DNA of 64,000 nucleotides from an uncultured Methanospirillum sp. (GTDB taxonomy: Archaea; Halobacteriota; Methanomicrobia; Methanomicrobiales; Methanospirillaceae). Shown here in pieces: positions 50,550 to 60,337 of the stretch. The stretch is from positions 62,001 to 126,000 of the forward strand of contig CAZWTX010000003.1 in NCBI GenBank assembly GCA_964637135.1, in the 5' to 3' direction. The notes under the pieces are model-generated. The model was given only the letters and a program-made list of their open reading frames with translations. It did no database searches and was not told where the DNA came from. Both the position numbers and the translations under genes were made by a program. Position 1 is the stretch's first letter; each line of letters opens with the position of its first letter.

Positions 50550-50752
50550 CTGTCGTGTAAGAATCAACCTTCCATCATATTAACCTCATGATGACCGAAG
50601 GCCGATCGAATCTTTTTATACCTGGTGCTTAAGAAATATAAGACCGGCTTTCACCGCCTGGATTGATAAAATTTAAAATCCCACACTATTCCGGGAGATT
50701 TCATCCGGGATAGCAGGATATATGAGCGGGTGCAGACCATCGGAGGAAGAAG

Positions 50753-51379
50753 ATGATATACCAGTTGTATGAATGGAGACTGTTGCATCAGCTCAGCCGC
50801 ATTCCTTCCTCCCTCTGTTTCATGATCTCAGAAGATGAGATGTGTTCTTCTCCGGATCAACTCTTCCAGGTTATCTCATGGTGCCTTGATATCTCTTCCG
50901 AAATCATCTCCCGTCACCCGGAGTCAGCCGGACTACAGGGAATTACCATTCATATCTCGCGGAAAGGAGAACAGGAAACTCCCGGATACCTTCCCGACAT
51001 TCGGAGGGTGGGATCCATCGCCCGGCTGTACCTGCATTACGGAACCATCACTGAAAAATGTGGTACCGGCCTTCCTGTTGCTGTTGCCATTGGAAAATCA
51101 GGACGGGAAGAGATCGTCGATGCCATCAGGCGAATGGCAGATGAGGGACTTGCTCCGGAAGAAATCACCGGAGAGATCATCGAACAGCACCTGCTCTTCA
51201 AACATACCCCTGACTTTGTCATCAAGACCGGTGGCGATCATCTCGTGGACTTCCTGATCTGGCAGTCAGTCTATTCTGAACTCTTCTTCTCTGACCTGAA
51301 CTGGAATGCCATCAGGAAAGTTGATCTCATCAGGGCATTCAGAGATTACCTGTCAAGAATCAGAAGATTCGGGACCTGA
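50753..51379 (+). CDS. Non-catalytic cis-prenyltransferase-like subunit (Nus1/NgBR-like)
   Basis: GREEIVDA, PDFVIKTGG..LVDFLIWQSVYSEL and terminal RRFG; lacks the IxDGNRR catalytic motif. Confidence 0.8.
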   Translation: MIYQLYEWRLLHQLSRIPSSLCFMISEDEMCSSPDQLFQVISWCLDISSEIISRHPESAGLQGITIHISRKGEQETPGYLPDIRRVGSIARLYLHYGTITEKCGTGLPVAVAIGKSGREEIVDAIRRMADEGLAPEEITGEIIEQHLLFKHTPDFVIKTGGDHLVDFLIWQSVYSELFFSDLNWNAIRKVDLIRAFRDYLSRIRRFGT

Positions 51380-51380
51380 A

Positions 51381-52151
51381 TCAGGAGCGCATGGCCAGTT
51401 CTTTACGCTGAGAATAAACCCGTACTGCCCTGAGCAGATCGATCTTCCTGAACATCGGCCAGTAGGGGGCACAGAAGTACACTGCCGATTCATGTCCGTT
51501 TGCGAGCCAGGGAAGGAAGTTTGACGTCCGGTAATCGTTCCCGGTGCGGATAATCAGATCCACAGGAGGTATCGAGATGTCTTTTCCGTAGAGATAGGAC
51601 TCCAGCAATTCAGGGGTGATATCCCCCGTTCCAATCCTCTTATCCCTGACATCCCCGAGGATCCGTCGGCTGGCCTGGACGATCTCGTTCCGGCCGCCAT
51701 ATGCAAGCGCCATGTTCAGGTAAAAATTATCATAATGTGCAGTCGCTGCTTCTGCTTTCTCGACAGCCTCAAGAAGATCTGCGGGAAGGAGATCCCGATC
51801 CCCGATCATCTGGATCCGTATCCCGTACCGGTGAACCCGTTCGTCAGAGATGATGGCGGCCAGTTTCTCCCTGAACAGGGTGAACAGTTTTTCCACCTCG
51901 TCATCTGTCCGGTTGAAATTCTCCGTAGAGAAGATATAGAGGGTGATATACCGGATCCCGAGTTCACGGGCCCAGTCAAGAACCTGTTCAGTCCGGTCAG
52001 CACCCAGCCGGTGACCGAAATGAACACTCTTCCCCTTCAGACGGGCAAATCTCCGGTTGCCATCCTGAATTATGGCGATATGCTTTGGGATATGGGTACA
52101 CTGCCGGGTGACAAAGAATTCATACACCGGATCTACCAATGCCCGTATCAC
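51381..52151 (-). CDS. uppS: cis-Polyprenyl diphosphate synthase, catalytic subunit
   Basis: PKHIAIIQDGNRRFA, FSTENFNR, YGGRNEI and DLIIRTG..RTSNFLPW. Confidence 0.95.
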   Translation of the reverse strand: MIRALVDPVYEFFVTRQCTHIPKHIAIIQDGNRRFARLKGKSVHFGHRLGADRTEQVLDWARELGIRYITLYIFSTENFNRTDDEVEKLFTLFREKLAAIISDERVHRYGIRIQMIGDRDLLPADLLEAVEKAEAATAHYDNFYLNMALAYGGRNEIVQASRRILGDVRDKRIGTGDITPELLESYLYGKDISIPPVDLIIRTGNDYRTSNFLPWLANGHESAVYFCAPYWPMFRKIDLLRAVRVYSQRKELAMRS

Positions 52152-53161
52152 AGGGGGGTCACCTCAATGAGGATTCCGTTATCCGGGTATCGTTCTAGAA
52201 TCTGCTTCTCCCCCGGGAACCGGGAGGCATATTCATCGAGAATCCACCACGCCATTTCGATATGATCATTGAAACGGGTATATAGGGCAGGATCGAGATC
52301 GTCCGGCATTTCAGCCGTAAGCCCGTTACATTTCCATACCCCGTATACGATCGTGCCATCACCGGTTATCTCGTCAAACTCGCGGGAGGTATTGGCAGCG
52401 ATACGGATCAGACGCTTACGGAGCTGGACACGATCCTTGAAATCAGACGAACACCAGTGGACCTTCTGATGTCCTGCAAATGATTCTACTGATTCGAAGG
52501 CACCTGCAACCGCATTGGAGACATCTCCCCTGAGGTCATACCCCCTCCTCCGCATCTCATCTGCGTTGGAATCTCCCCATTCGAGTTCATTGATATTGAA
52601 AAAATCAAGGTACTCAAGAAGCGGGGTGAAATGCTCAATCCCGGGGAGGGAAGGGACTTCAACACCGACATCAAATCCGGCATTCCTTGCATCCTGAACC
52701 GCCCTGAAAAACGGACCGGTCATGATGTCCGGCCAGGTCTCATGGGGGGGATGGAACCGTATCTCGTCCACAAGCCCGCGAATTTTCAGGATCTCTTCTT
52801 CCGTCGGGGCAATGCCGGTATAGAGATGGATATGATGCTCAGGGCCAAATGCATCTTTCAGTGCCCGGGCATATTCAGCGAGCCGCTCTAAAACGGCAAA
52901 CGGTTCGCCACCGGTTATCCCGGTTCCCTCCGCTGACATCCGCTCTGCTACGCGGATCATCTCGGCAGGAGAGGAGATCTCATGCTCATTGGCATAAATA
53001 CAATCGCGGTCTTTTCGTTCACGCGAGAGCGGACAGTACCAGCAATTACGATGACACAGGCCGGTGATAAATAAAACCATCTTCGCTCCTTCATAGCAGA
53101 GAATGCATCCTGCACTCAGTCGACTATGAGGAGGAAGATCTTCAGAAGTAGTATCTTCCAT
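52148..53161 (-). CDS. Radical SAM protein of unknown function (COG2108-like)
   Basis: GCILC..GAKMVLFITGLCHRNCWYCP (CxxxCxxC), TGGEP, DEIRFHP and NINELE. Confidence 0.85.
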   Translation of the reverse strand: MEDTTSEDLPPHSRLSAGCILCYEGAKMVLFITGLCHRNCWYCPLSRERKDRDCIYANEHEISSPAEMIRVAERMSAEGTGITGGEPFAVLERLAEYARALKDAFGPEHHIHLYTGIAPTEEEILKIRGLVDEIRFHPPHETWPDIMTGPFFRAVQDARNAGFDVGVEVPSLPGIEHFTPLLEYLDFFNINELEWGDSNADEMRRRGYDLRGDVSNAVAGAFESVESFAGHQKVHWCSSDFKDRVQLRKRLIRIAANTSREFDEITGDGTIVYGVWKCNGLTAEMPDDLDPALYTRFNDHIEMAWWILDEYASRFPGEKQILERYPDNGILIEVTPL

Positions 53162-53248
53162 TGGTATTCTGATTACTCATACTATCTCTCAGTAGCGATA
53201 TATATCTTGTCCATTCACGGGAAAAAAGGAACGGGGCTCAAATTAGAA

Positions 53249-54271
53249 TCAACGATATAATTTCGCCCGGGAGAGATTCTCGATCCGTGACCGGTCAACC
53301 GGTTCATCGATCGCAAGCATACCGACATGGATCGCCCGCTCTACAAATGATTCCCCTGCAGGAGTCCTGATAATAAGGGTTGTTACCTGATCAGGGGTAC
53401 CAACAGACCCGGCAGAGATATCCGCATCCAGCCCGGAGAAGTCACGACAGACACGACACCCGGAGCGGACTGCAGAATCCACGTCCTCCAGGGAGACTGT
53501 TGAGGAAGTTCCATCAAGAAGGGTGATTTCAAGCCTGCCTTTCACATTCAGACGGTCTATCTTTGTTAGATCATATCCTTTTCCGGAAAGGATCTCCTTC
53601 ATGAGAATGCCATAGTCAAATGTCTCGGTGCAGAACAGACCGATAATCAGACGAATGGCATTTCCAAACGGTTTCACGAGATCATTCTCTGAATTCTTCA
53701 TGATCCGTGCAGCGGAGGCAACACAAGGAGTTCCTATAACGGCAAGCCGGGAGAGTTTCTTATCGATTACGGCGGTTTTCAGGGACTGGAGAACGGGGAC
53801 ACTCCAGTTATACCGTGTTCCTGCATGAGAGACCAGATCTCCGGATACGGTTACAAGGAGAGAGAAGGGACGATGGGAAAACCGATCCTCCCCGACCGTG
53901 ATGACCCCGTCTATTATTCCCTCCTCAAGTGCGGACCGGAGAATGGCCGTAACAGCGCCACCGTTCTGTCGCCGGGGGACCGGTCCGGTGGCATGAGCCC
54001 CGGTTATCCGGAGACAGGTCCCCAGAAGATCTGTTGCTGCCTCATCTCCCCGCTCTTTTCCCCGCGGGCAGACGGCAAAACAGGCACCGCATGGAACGTT
54101 ATCACTCTCCTGTTTACAGTACCCGGAAGATACCGGGTGCAGTATACCCGGTTCAACACAAAAATACAGGGCATCGGCAGGACAAACCGCAGTACATGCC
54201 CCGCATCCGGAACATATGCCGGTATCCCAGACCATTTCCCTGAGATTTTGATAACTCGTCTTTTCAGCCAT
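53249..54271 (-). CDS. Ferredoxin plus FrhB/FdhB-family F420-interacting subunit, glutamate synthase-associated
   Basis: CSGCGACTAVCP, CGACFAVCP, QNGGAVT, IGTPC, IGLFC and CRVC..F...ADISAGSVG. Confidence 0.88.
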   Translation of the reverse strand: MAEKTSYQNLREMVWDTGICSGCGACTAVCPADALYFCVEPGILHPVSSGYCKQESDNVPCGACFAVCPRGKERGDEAATDLLGTCLRITGAHATGPVPRRQNGGAVTAILRSALEEGIIDGVITVGEDRFSHRPFSLLVTVSGDLVSHAGTRYNWSVPVLQSLKTAVIDKKLSRLAVIGTPCVASAARIMKNSENDLVKPFGNAIRLIIGLFCTETFDYGILMKEILSGKGYDLTKIDRLNVKGRLEITLLDGTSSTVSLEDVDSAVRSGCRVCRDFSGLDADISAGSVGTPDQVTTLIIRTPAGESFVERAIHVGMLAIDEPVDRSRIENLSRAKLYR

Positions 54272-54274
54272 ATC

Positions 54275-55015
54275 TCACTCCCACGTGTACTTCCCGGCAA
54301 ATGGCCGTGCGCTAACCGGTGCTATCCGGGTAAAGGGTTCTTCAAGAAGAGATTTCTCATCAATCCCAAACCACCTGCAGAAATCACCAATCAACGGTGT
54401 GATTGCCTCACGTTCACCTGGTTCTGCAGTCCGTGCAGCGCTGCCGATACCGAGGATCCAAGGAGCAACCGTTCCCCGTATATAGATCTCACCACCGTGG
54501 ATTCCACTTGCAAGGCCCATCTCGTCATACGGATCACTCTCCCCGATCCTGAGCATGATGATAAGCCCACCAGCCATGTATTCACCGAGGAACGATCGTG
54601 CATTCCCGCCGATAATAAGGACCGGGCGTTTGTCCTGGTACTGTTTCATGTGAATGCCCCCCCGGTACCCGATATCGCCCCTGACATACACACGGCCACC
54701 CCGCATGCTGTGTGCCGTAGCATCACCGCCTGATCCATATATGACGATCAGACCGTCATCCATCGTGTTGCCGGGAGCATGATCAGCGTTCCCGTTGACC
54801 ACCACGGTGGGTCCTTTCATGAACATCCCGAGATCGCCGCCGGGAACCCCGTTAACGGTGATCTTCACCGATCCGGTAAGGCCATCGGCAATAAACCGCT
54901 GTCCCATCACGTGATCGATGATAATTTCAGTGGCGCCATCCCTGACCGCCTGCCGGATCTTCTTGTTCAGGGGTGTGTAATGCATCCCGTTTGCATCAAT
55001 TGTTACCGGCTGCAT
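54275..55015 (-). CDS. gltB3: Glutamate synthase GXGXG beta-helix subunit
   Basis: GQRFIADG, NGVPGGDLGMFM, GYRGGIHMK and FLGEYMAGG. Confidence 0.9.
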   Translation of the reverse strand: MQPVTIDANGMHYTPLNKKIRQAVRDGATEIIIDHVMGQRFIADGLTGSVKITVNGVPGGDLGMFMKGPTVVVNGNADHAPGNTMDDGLIVIYGSGGDATAHSMRGGRVYVRGDIGYRGGIHMKQYQDKRPVLIIGGNARSFLGEYMAGGLIIMLRIGESDPYDEMGLASGIHGGEIYIRGTVAPWILGIGSAARTAEPGEREAITPLIGDFCRWFGIDEKSLLEEPFTRIAPVSARPFAGKYTWE

Positions 55016-56527
55016 TTATGCCCCCACCGGTTTGACATCAAGCACATCCATCATTGCCTGGTCGAGCAGGTATCCCCTGAGCCGATCTCGGTTCCCCCGC
55101 AGCGAGTCAATACTGTTCAGCCCGGCTGCTCCCATCAGTTCAGCAAGTTCGAGTGTCCAGGCATGAATCAGGTTTTCCACGTTTTTCGACGCCTCATCCG
55201 GATTCAGGCGGGACACGAGTTCAGGTTTCTGGGTTGCAATGCCCCAGGCACACTGGCCGCGGTAACAGGTCCCGCATACCCTGCATCCCATCGCCACAAG
55301 GGCAGAGGTTCCCAGGTATACTGCATCTGCCCCCAGGCAGATGATCTTCGCGATATCGGCACTCTGCCGGATCCCGCCGGAGGCTATGATCGATACCTCG
55401 TTTCGTATCCCCTGGTTCCGGAGCTTCTCATCAACGGCTGCTACAGCCGCCTCAACCGGGATACCAACATGATCACGGAAGACCGTCGGGGCAGCCCCGG
55501 TACCGCCCCGGAATCCGTCGATCACGACCGCATCTGCACTTGACCGGGCAACACCTGCTGCAATAGCTGCAACGTTATGTACCGCGGCAATCTTTACGAA
55601 TACCGGTTTTTTCCACTCGGTCGCTTCTTTCAGGCTTTTTACGAGCTGCTTGAGATCTTCTATCGAGTAGATGTCATGGTGCGGGGCCGGGCTTATGGCA
55701 TCGCTTCCCTCAGGAATCATCCGGGTACAGGAGACATCGGCACAAACCTTCTCCCCGGGAAGGTGTCCGCCGATACCGGGCTTGGCTCCCTGGCCAATCT
55801 TGATCTCAATGGCAGCCCCCCGTTCCAGGTAGTTCACGTCAACACCAAATCGTCCGGAGGCGACCTGAACGATCATATGATCCTGGTACGGGTACAGGGC
55901 TTCATGCAGCCCGCCTTCACCGGTTCCCATGAACGTCCCGGTACTTGATACCGCTTTTGCCATCGCCAGATGTGCATTGAGGGAGATCGCACCATAACTC
56001 ATGTGGCCGATCATGATGGGAGTCTCAAGCCGGAGATTTGGAACAAGATTCGTCTTCAGTTCCACATCCCCGTTCTCCTTCCGGACGAGATCCAGCTGAC
56101 GGGGTTTCTTCCCGATATGGGTCCGCAGCTCCATCGGTTCACGGAGGGGATCTATCGAGGGATTGGTGACCTGGCAGGCATCGAGAACCAGCCGGTCGAA
56201 GATGATCGGGTAATCAAGGGTGTTTCCCATCCCCCCAAGCAGGATCTTTCCGCTTTCAGCCTGCTTGAAAATGTTCTCCCTGACCTGTTCAGTCCAGACC
56301 GGGTGACTGCGGTAGTCACACGGACGTTCATGAATAGTGATTGCATCACGGGGACACTGGGAGATGCATCGGTGACAGGCGACACAATTCCGGTTGTTTG
56401 CGATGATCCGCCCCTGTTCCATCCGGTATACATTATAGGAACAGTTTTCGACACACCGGCCACAGAGCATGCATCGTCCGTGATCTACGAGAACCTGGAA
56501 TTTTACCGGACGGGAACCGATGATCAT
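55016..56527 (-). CDS. gltB2: Glutamate synthase FMN-binding subunit with N-terminal 2x[4Fe-4S] ferredoxin
   Basis: MSYGAIS, GTGEGG, QVASGRFGV, KIGQGAKPGIGGHLPG, SPAPHHDIYSIEDL and C..CG.C..G.C.WGIATQ. Confidence 0.95.
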   Translation of the reverse strand: MIIGSRPVKFQVLVDHGRCMLCGRCVENCSYNVYRMEQGRIIANNRNCVACHRCISQCPRDAITIHERPCDYRSHPVWTEQVRENIFKQAESGKILLGGMGNTLDYPIIFDRLVLDACQVTNPSIDPLREPMELRTHIGKKPRQLDLVRKENGDVELKTNLVPNLRLETPIMIGHMSYGAISLNAHLAMAKAVSSTGTFMGTGEGGLHEALYPYQDHMIVQVASGRFGVDVNYLERGAAIEIKIGQGAKPGIGGHLPGEKVCADVSCTRMIPEGSDAISPAPHHDIYSIEDLKQLVKSLKEATEWKKPVFVKIAAVHNVAAIAAGVARSSADAVVIDGFRGGTGAAPTVFRDHVGIPVEAAVAAVDEKLRNQGIRNEVSIIASGGIRQSADIAKIICLGADAVYLGTSALVAMGCRVCGTCYRGQCAWGIATQKPELVSRLNPDEASKNVENLIHAWTLELAELMGAAGLNSIDSLRGNRDRLRGYLLDQAMMDVLDVKPVGA

Positions 56528-57576
56528 GTCACCACCCGCCCGATGATCGGCTGGCCGGCCCGTGGCATGCTGATGGTTTTTACCCCGGGATCCATCGTCC
56601 TTATCGCCGCCTCTTCGCTGGATATATAAAGCCGGTTATCGTGTTCACCAACAACCAGCGGCCTCAACTTGATCCGGTCGGAAAATCCCACGATCGAATC
56701 CTGTGATGCAACCGCGATGGCAAATGGCCCGTTCATCATGGCCGAACTATACGTCAGCCTGACAGCGGTATTCAGCTCTCTTTCAGGTTCTTTCATCCGT
56801 TCGATCTCTTCCCAGAACGGAGGGGCAAGAGCCCTGACGGCAATATCCTGAGGAAGATGATGACGCCGGGCAAGGAGATCCATGAGATAGGCCACCACCT
56901 CGGTGTCGGTATACATGGTACAGCTGTACCCGAAAGACTCGATATATCGCCGGTTTGTTCCATAAGAGGTTATCTCACCGTTATGAATGACACTCCAGTC
57001 AAGGAGATTGAACGGGTGTGCCCCTCCCCACCAGCCGGGAGTGTTGGTCGGGTACCGGTTGTGGGCCAGCCAGAGATATCCTTCATACTCTTCGACCCGG
57101 TAAAAATCCGCAACGTCCTCAGGCCAGCCCGATGCCTTGAAAACACCGATGTTCTTTCCTGAGGAGAAGACCAGGGCACCGGGTACCGAGGTGTTCACCG
57201 TCATGACGATATGGGTAACGATATCGTCCTCCGGTGAATCGCTCCGTTGCATCAGTTTCCGGTTCGGCCTGAAGAAATACCGCCAGGGGGTGTGGATCTT
57301 TCGTATCTTTCCGGTATCATAGGTAGGGATCTCCTCGTCATGCTCGATCATCCCCCATGTCTCAAGGAGGGCCTCAACCTGTTCCCTGGGCTCAACCAGG
57401 TTATCATAAAAGACATGGATTGCATAGAGGTCTGCATAATCCGGATAAACCCCGTATGCAGCATATCCGGAGCCTTCCCCACTTCCCCGTTCATCCATTA
57501 CCGACAGGGCATCTCGGATGGCTGACCCGTCCATCAGGTCCCTCCCCCGGTCAATTACACTGATTATACCACACAT
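56524..57576 (-). CDS. gltB1: Glutamate synthase class-II glutamine amidotransferase subunit
   Basis: N-terminal MCGI, AHNRYPTNT...AHPF, HNGEI and DRIKLRPL. Confidence 0.93.
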   Translation of the reverse strand: MCGIISVIDRGRDLMDGSAIRDALSVMDERGSGEGSGYAAYGVYPDYADLYAIHVFYDNLVEPREQVEALLETWGMIEHDEEIPTYDTGKIRKIHTPWRYFFRPNRKLMQRSDSPEDDIVTHIVMTVNTSVPGALVFSSGKNIGVFKASGWPEDVADFYRVEEYEGYLWLAHNRYPTNTPGWWGGAHPFNLLDWSVIHNGEITSYGTNRRYIESFGYSCTMYTDTEVVAYLMDLLARRHHLPQDIAVRALAPPFWEEIERMKEPERELNTAVRLTYSSAMMNGPFAIAVASQDSIVGFSDRIKLRPLVVGEHDNRLYISSEEAAIRTMDPGVKTISMPRAGQPIIGRVVT

Positions 57577-57640
57577 ATTGAATTGAACCTCCCGATCTGA
57601 TCATCCATTCATGTCAGGCGTATGGGAATATCATTTTGAA

Positions 57641-57654
57641 GGAAGCTAATTTCG
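57641..57654. promoter_or_regulatory. NrpR-like operator upstream of the glt operon
   Basis: GGAA-GCTAAT-TTCG, one mismatch from GGAA-N6-TTCC. Confidence 0.5.
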
Positions 57655-57848
57655 TATGCCATTACTTATAGATATCCAACATCTTTTACCATAGCCTCGT
57701 ACACTCCCAAAGGCAGAACCCTGAACCGGGAGACCTGTCGCTAGTAATGAGGGACCGGTAATTGTTTCAAATCACAACACCCACGTATGTTGGCAGGAGA
57801 TAGCCAGGAAATACCCGGGAAATAACGGTTTCCGGGAAGTACAGATTT

Positions 57849-57888
57849 GAAGAAAATTTTAAATAAAGAAAGGTAGAAGCTTGTTTCA
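57849..57888 (+). promoter_or_regulatory. glnA BRE/TATA promoter with a degenerate NrpR-like box at the predicted start site
   Basis: GAAGAAAA + TTTTAAATA (57857-57865), then AGAA-GCTTGT-TTCA (57875-57888) abutting ATG 57889. Confidence 0.55.
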
Positions 57889-59220
57889 ATGTCTGATATG
57901 AAGGTGAGCGAGATGCTCGCTCGAATCAAGGCTGATAATGTAAAATTTATCAGACTCCAGTTCACGGATATCCTTGGAATTCCAAAAAACGTTGCAATTC
58001 CGGCTTTTCAGGCTGAAAAGGCTCTGACAGACGGCATCTGGATAGATGGATCATCCATCGAGGGATTTACCCGAATAGATGAGTCAGACATGCTGCTCAG
58101 GCCTGACATCTCCACATACCAGATCCTTCCCTGGAGACCGGCTGACAAGAAGGTCGCCAGGTTCATCTGTGATGTGTATACCTACAACGGCACCCCCTTC
58201 CAGGGCGACCCGCGTACTGTTCTCAAGCGGAACCTTGCAGAAGCGGAAAAACTGGGATATACCTTCAATACCGGCCCTGAACTAGAGTTCTTTGTCTTTA
58301 AGCGTGACGAGAACGGGCAGCCGACAACAGAATTCGTTGATTACGGGGGATACTTCGATCTCGCCCCGTCCGACTCGGCAGAAGATCTCAGGCGTGAGGT
58401 CGTTCTTGCACTCACCGATATGGGATTCGAGATCGAGGCGTCTCACCATGAAGTCGCCGAGTCACAGCACGAAATTGACTTCAAATACGGTGATGCCCTC
58501 TCTGTCGCAGATAAAGTGATCACCTTCAGGTTTGCAACCAAGACTCTTGCCCTCATGGCCGGGATGCATGCAACCTTCATGGCCAAGCCGATTGGCGGTA
58601 TTAACGGATCAGGCATGCATACCCATGGTTCTCTCTCCAAGGATGGAAAAAACGCATTCTTCGACCCGAATGCAGACAAGGGACTCTCCGAGACTGCCCT
58701 CTTTTACATTGGCGGCCTGATGAAGCATGCCAAGGCAATTGCCCGGCTTGGAAACCCGACGATCAACTCATACAGGCGGCTTGTTCCCGGGTACGAAGCA
58801 CCCGTCTATATCACCTGGAGTGCTGCCAACCGTTCGGCCATGATCCGTGTTCCGGCTGCCCGGGGCAACAGTACGCGGGCTGAACTGAGGAGCCCCGACC
58901 CGACATGCAACCCGTATCTCCTCTTCAGTGCCATGATCGCTGCCGGTCTTGACGGGATCAGGAATAAGATAATGCCACCACCATGCACTGATGTGAATAT
59001 CTACCACCTTTCAGAGGAAGAACGAAAGAACCGTGGTATCGAGATGCTACCGGGATCCCTGATGGAAGCAAACGATGAACTCCTCAAGGACACGGTTATC
59101 TGCGAGGCGCTCGGTCCGCATGTTGTCGGGTACCTCACGTCAATTGCCCAGGCTGAGACCGATGCCTTCAGGCTCACGGTTCACCCCTGGGAAGTTGACC
59201 GGTATATCCACAACTTCTGA
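57889..59220 (+). CDS. glnA: Glutamine synthetase type I
   Basis: LQFTDILG, DGSSIEGF, GPELEFF, HHEVA..QHEIDF, NGSGMH, RLVPGYEAP, NRSAMIRVP and ELRSPDP. Confidence 0.97.
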   Translation: MSDMKVSEMLARIKADNVKFIRLQFTDILGIPKNVAIPAFQAEKALTDGIWIDGSSIEGFTRIDESDMLLRPDISTYQILPWRPADKKVARFICDVYTYNGTPFQGDPRTVLKRNLAEAEKLGYTFNTGPELEFFVFKRDENGQPTTEFVDYGGYFDLAPSDSAEDLRREVVLALTDMGFEIEASHHEVAESQHEIDFKYGDALSVADKVITFRFATKTLALMAGMHATFMAKPIGGINGSGMHTHGSLSKDGKNAFFDPNADKGLSETALFYIGGLMKHAKAIARLGNPTINSYRRLVPGYEAPVYITWSAANRSAMIRVPAARGNSTRAELRSPDPTCNPYLLFSAMIAAGLDGIRNKIMPPPCTDVNIYHLSEEERKNRGIEMLPGSLMEANDELLKDTVICEALGPHVVGYLTSIAQAETDAFRLTVHPWEVDRYIHNF

Positions 59221-59410
59221 ACTTTTTTCCTGCCGGAATATCCCCGGGAGCCGGAACCGGTTTTTCCAATCAGACAGTCTCTCTCACCGTTCCGGCAGAA
59301 GAATACGTACGCCTCATGAGTTCCCGGTTTCTTCCGGATAAAGGAGGGTTTCCCCGGGAGATGCCCGCTGCCGGATTTAAAAACAGACTGTACCCGAAAA
59401 GATGGTGATA

Positions 59411-60214
59411 TCAGTACCCGGTTGCGTAATAATACCCACCGTCATGGTGAATCCTGACCGGGATATCAAACAGATCACTCATCTGGCGGTCAGTCAGGAC
59501 ATCCTCCTTTTTCCCGGATGCGACAATATTTCCATCCTTCATACAGATAACCCGGGTTATCTCCGGAATGATATCGGGAAGAGAATGAGTCACCAGGATG
59601 ACCATCTTCCTGCCTTGGGCAACAGTCCGCATGGATGACCGCAGAAGGTGTAATGCATGGAGATCCAGGCTAGTCGTCGGTTCATCGAGGATAAGGATCT
59701 CAGGGTCATGTACAAGTGCCCGGCCAATCAGGCAGCGCCGGGCCTCTCCGCTCGACATGTTCCTCATAGAGCGGCTGAGGAGATGGGATATACACAGAAA
59801 CTGTGCAATTCTTTCCGCCTGCTCCTCCATATGAGTGGTCACCGTGTGATGAAAGAGACCGATACTGCTGAAAAAACCAGAGAGGATCACATCCCTGCCG
59901 GTGATCTCCTGGTTAAACCGTGCCTGGAGATCGCCTGAAACAACTCCGAAAAGGGATCGCAGCTCAAAAACATTCCAGATCTCCCGTCCCCTGATGATAT
60001 TGGTGTACGACCTCCCGGTCACTACCGGGTACACTTCCCTGATGATCGCCCTGATGAGCGTTGATTTTCCCGACCCGTTCGGGCCTAGGATGGCAACATT
60101 CTCATCCTCCTTCAGCACAAGGGACAAATCCCTAAGAACCGGATGCCCGTCCAGGTGAAAGGATACATTTTCAAATTCAAGCAGATTAGAGGGGGGTTGT
60201 GATGATGAGTCCAT
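59411..60214 (-). CDS. Orphan ABC ATP-binding protein (ModF/YlmA-like)
   Basis: GPNGSGKST, MSSGEARR, ILDEP and VTH; no adjacent permease. Confidence 0.88.
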   Translation of the reverse strand: MDSSSQPPSNLLEFENVSFHLDGHPVLRDLSLVLKEDENVAILGPNGSGKSTLIRAIIREVYPVVTGRSYTNIIRGREIWNVFELRSLFGVVSGDLQARFNQEITGRDVILSGFFSSIGLFHHTVTTHMEEQAERIAQFLCISHLLSRSMRNMSSGEARRCLIGRALVHDPEILILDEPTTSLDLHALHLLRSSMRTVAQGRKMVILVTHSLPDIIPEITRVICMKDGNIVASGKKEDVLTDRQMSDLFDIPVRIHHDGGYYYATGY

Positions 60215-60337
60215 GATTCCACATACTGGCTGCCGGTACTTCTTATCATAGAGCATAATGAACCTGCATGAAGGTTTTTTTCAGCATCGCCCGGGTGACG
60301 GGGCCGGTCGGTGAATAACGCCAGGAGTCCGGCCGGA

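Noticed and set aside
59228..59300. Inverted repeat CTGCCGGAA/TTCCGGCAG and a GGAA...TTCC-like string after glnA
   Set aside because: Lies between convergent genes, has the wrong spacer for NrpR, and CCGG-centred palindromes are common throughout the window.
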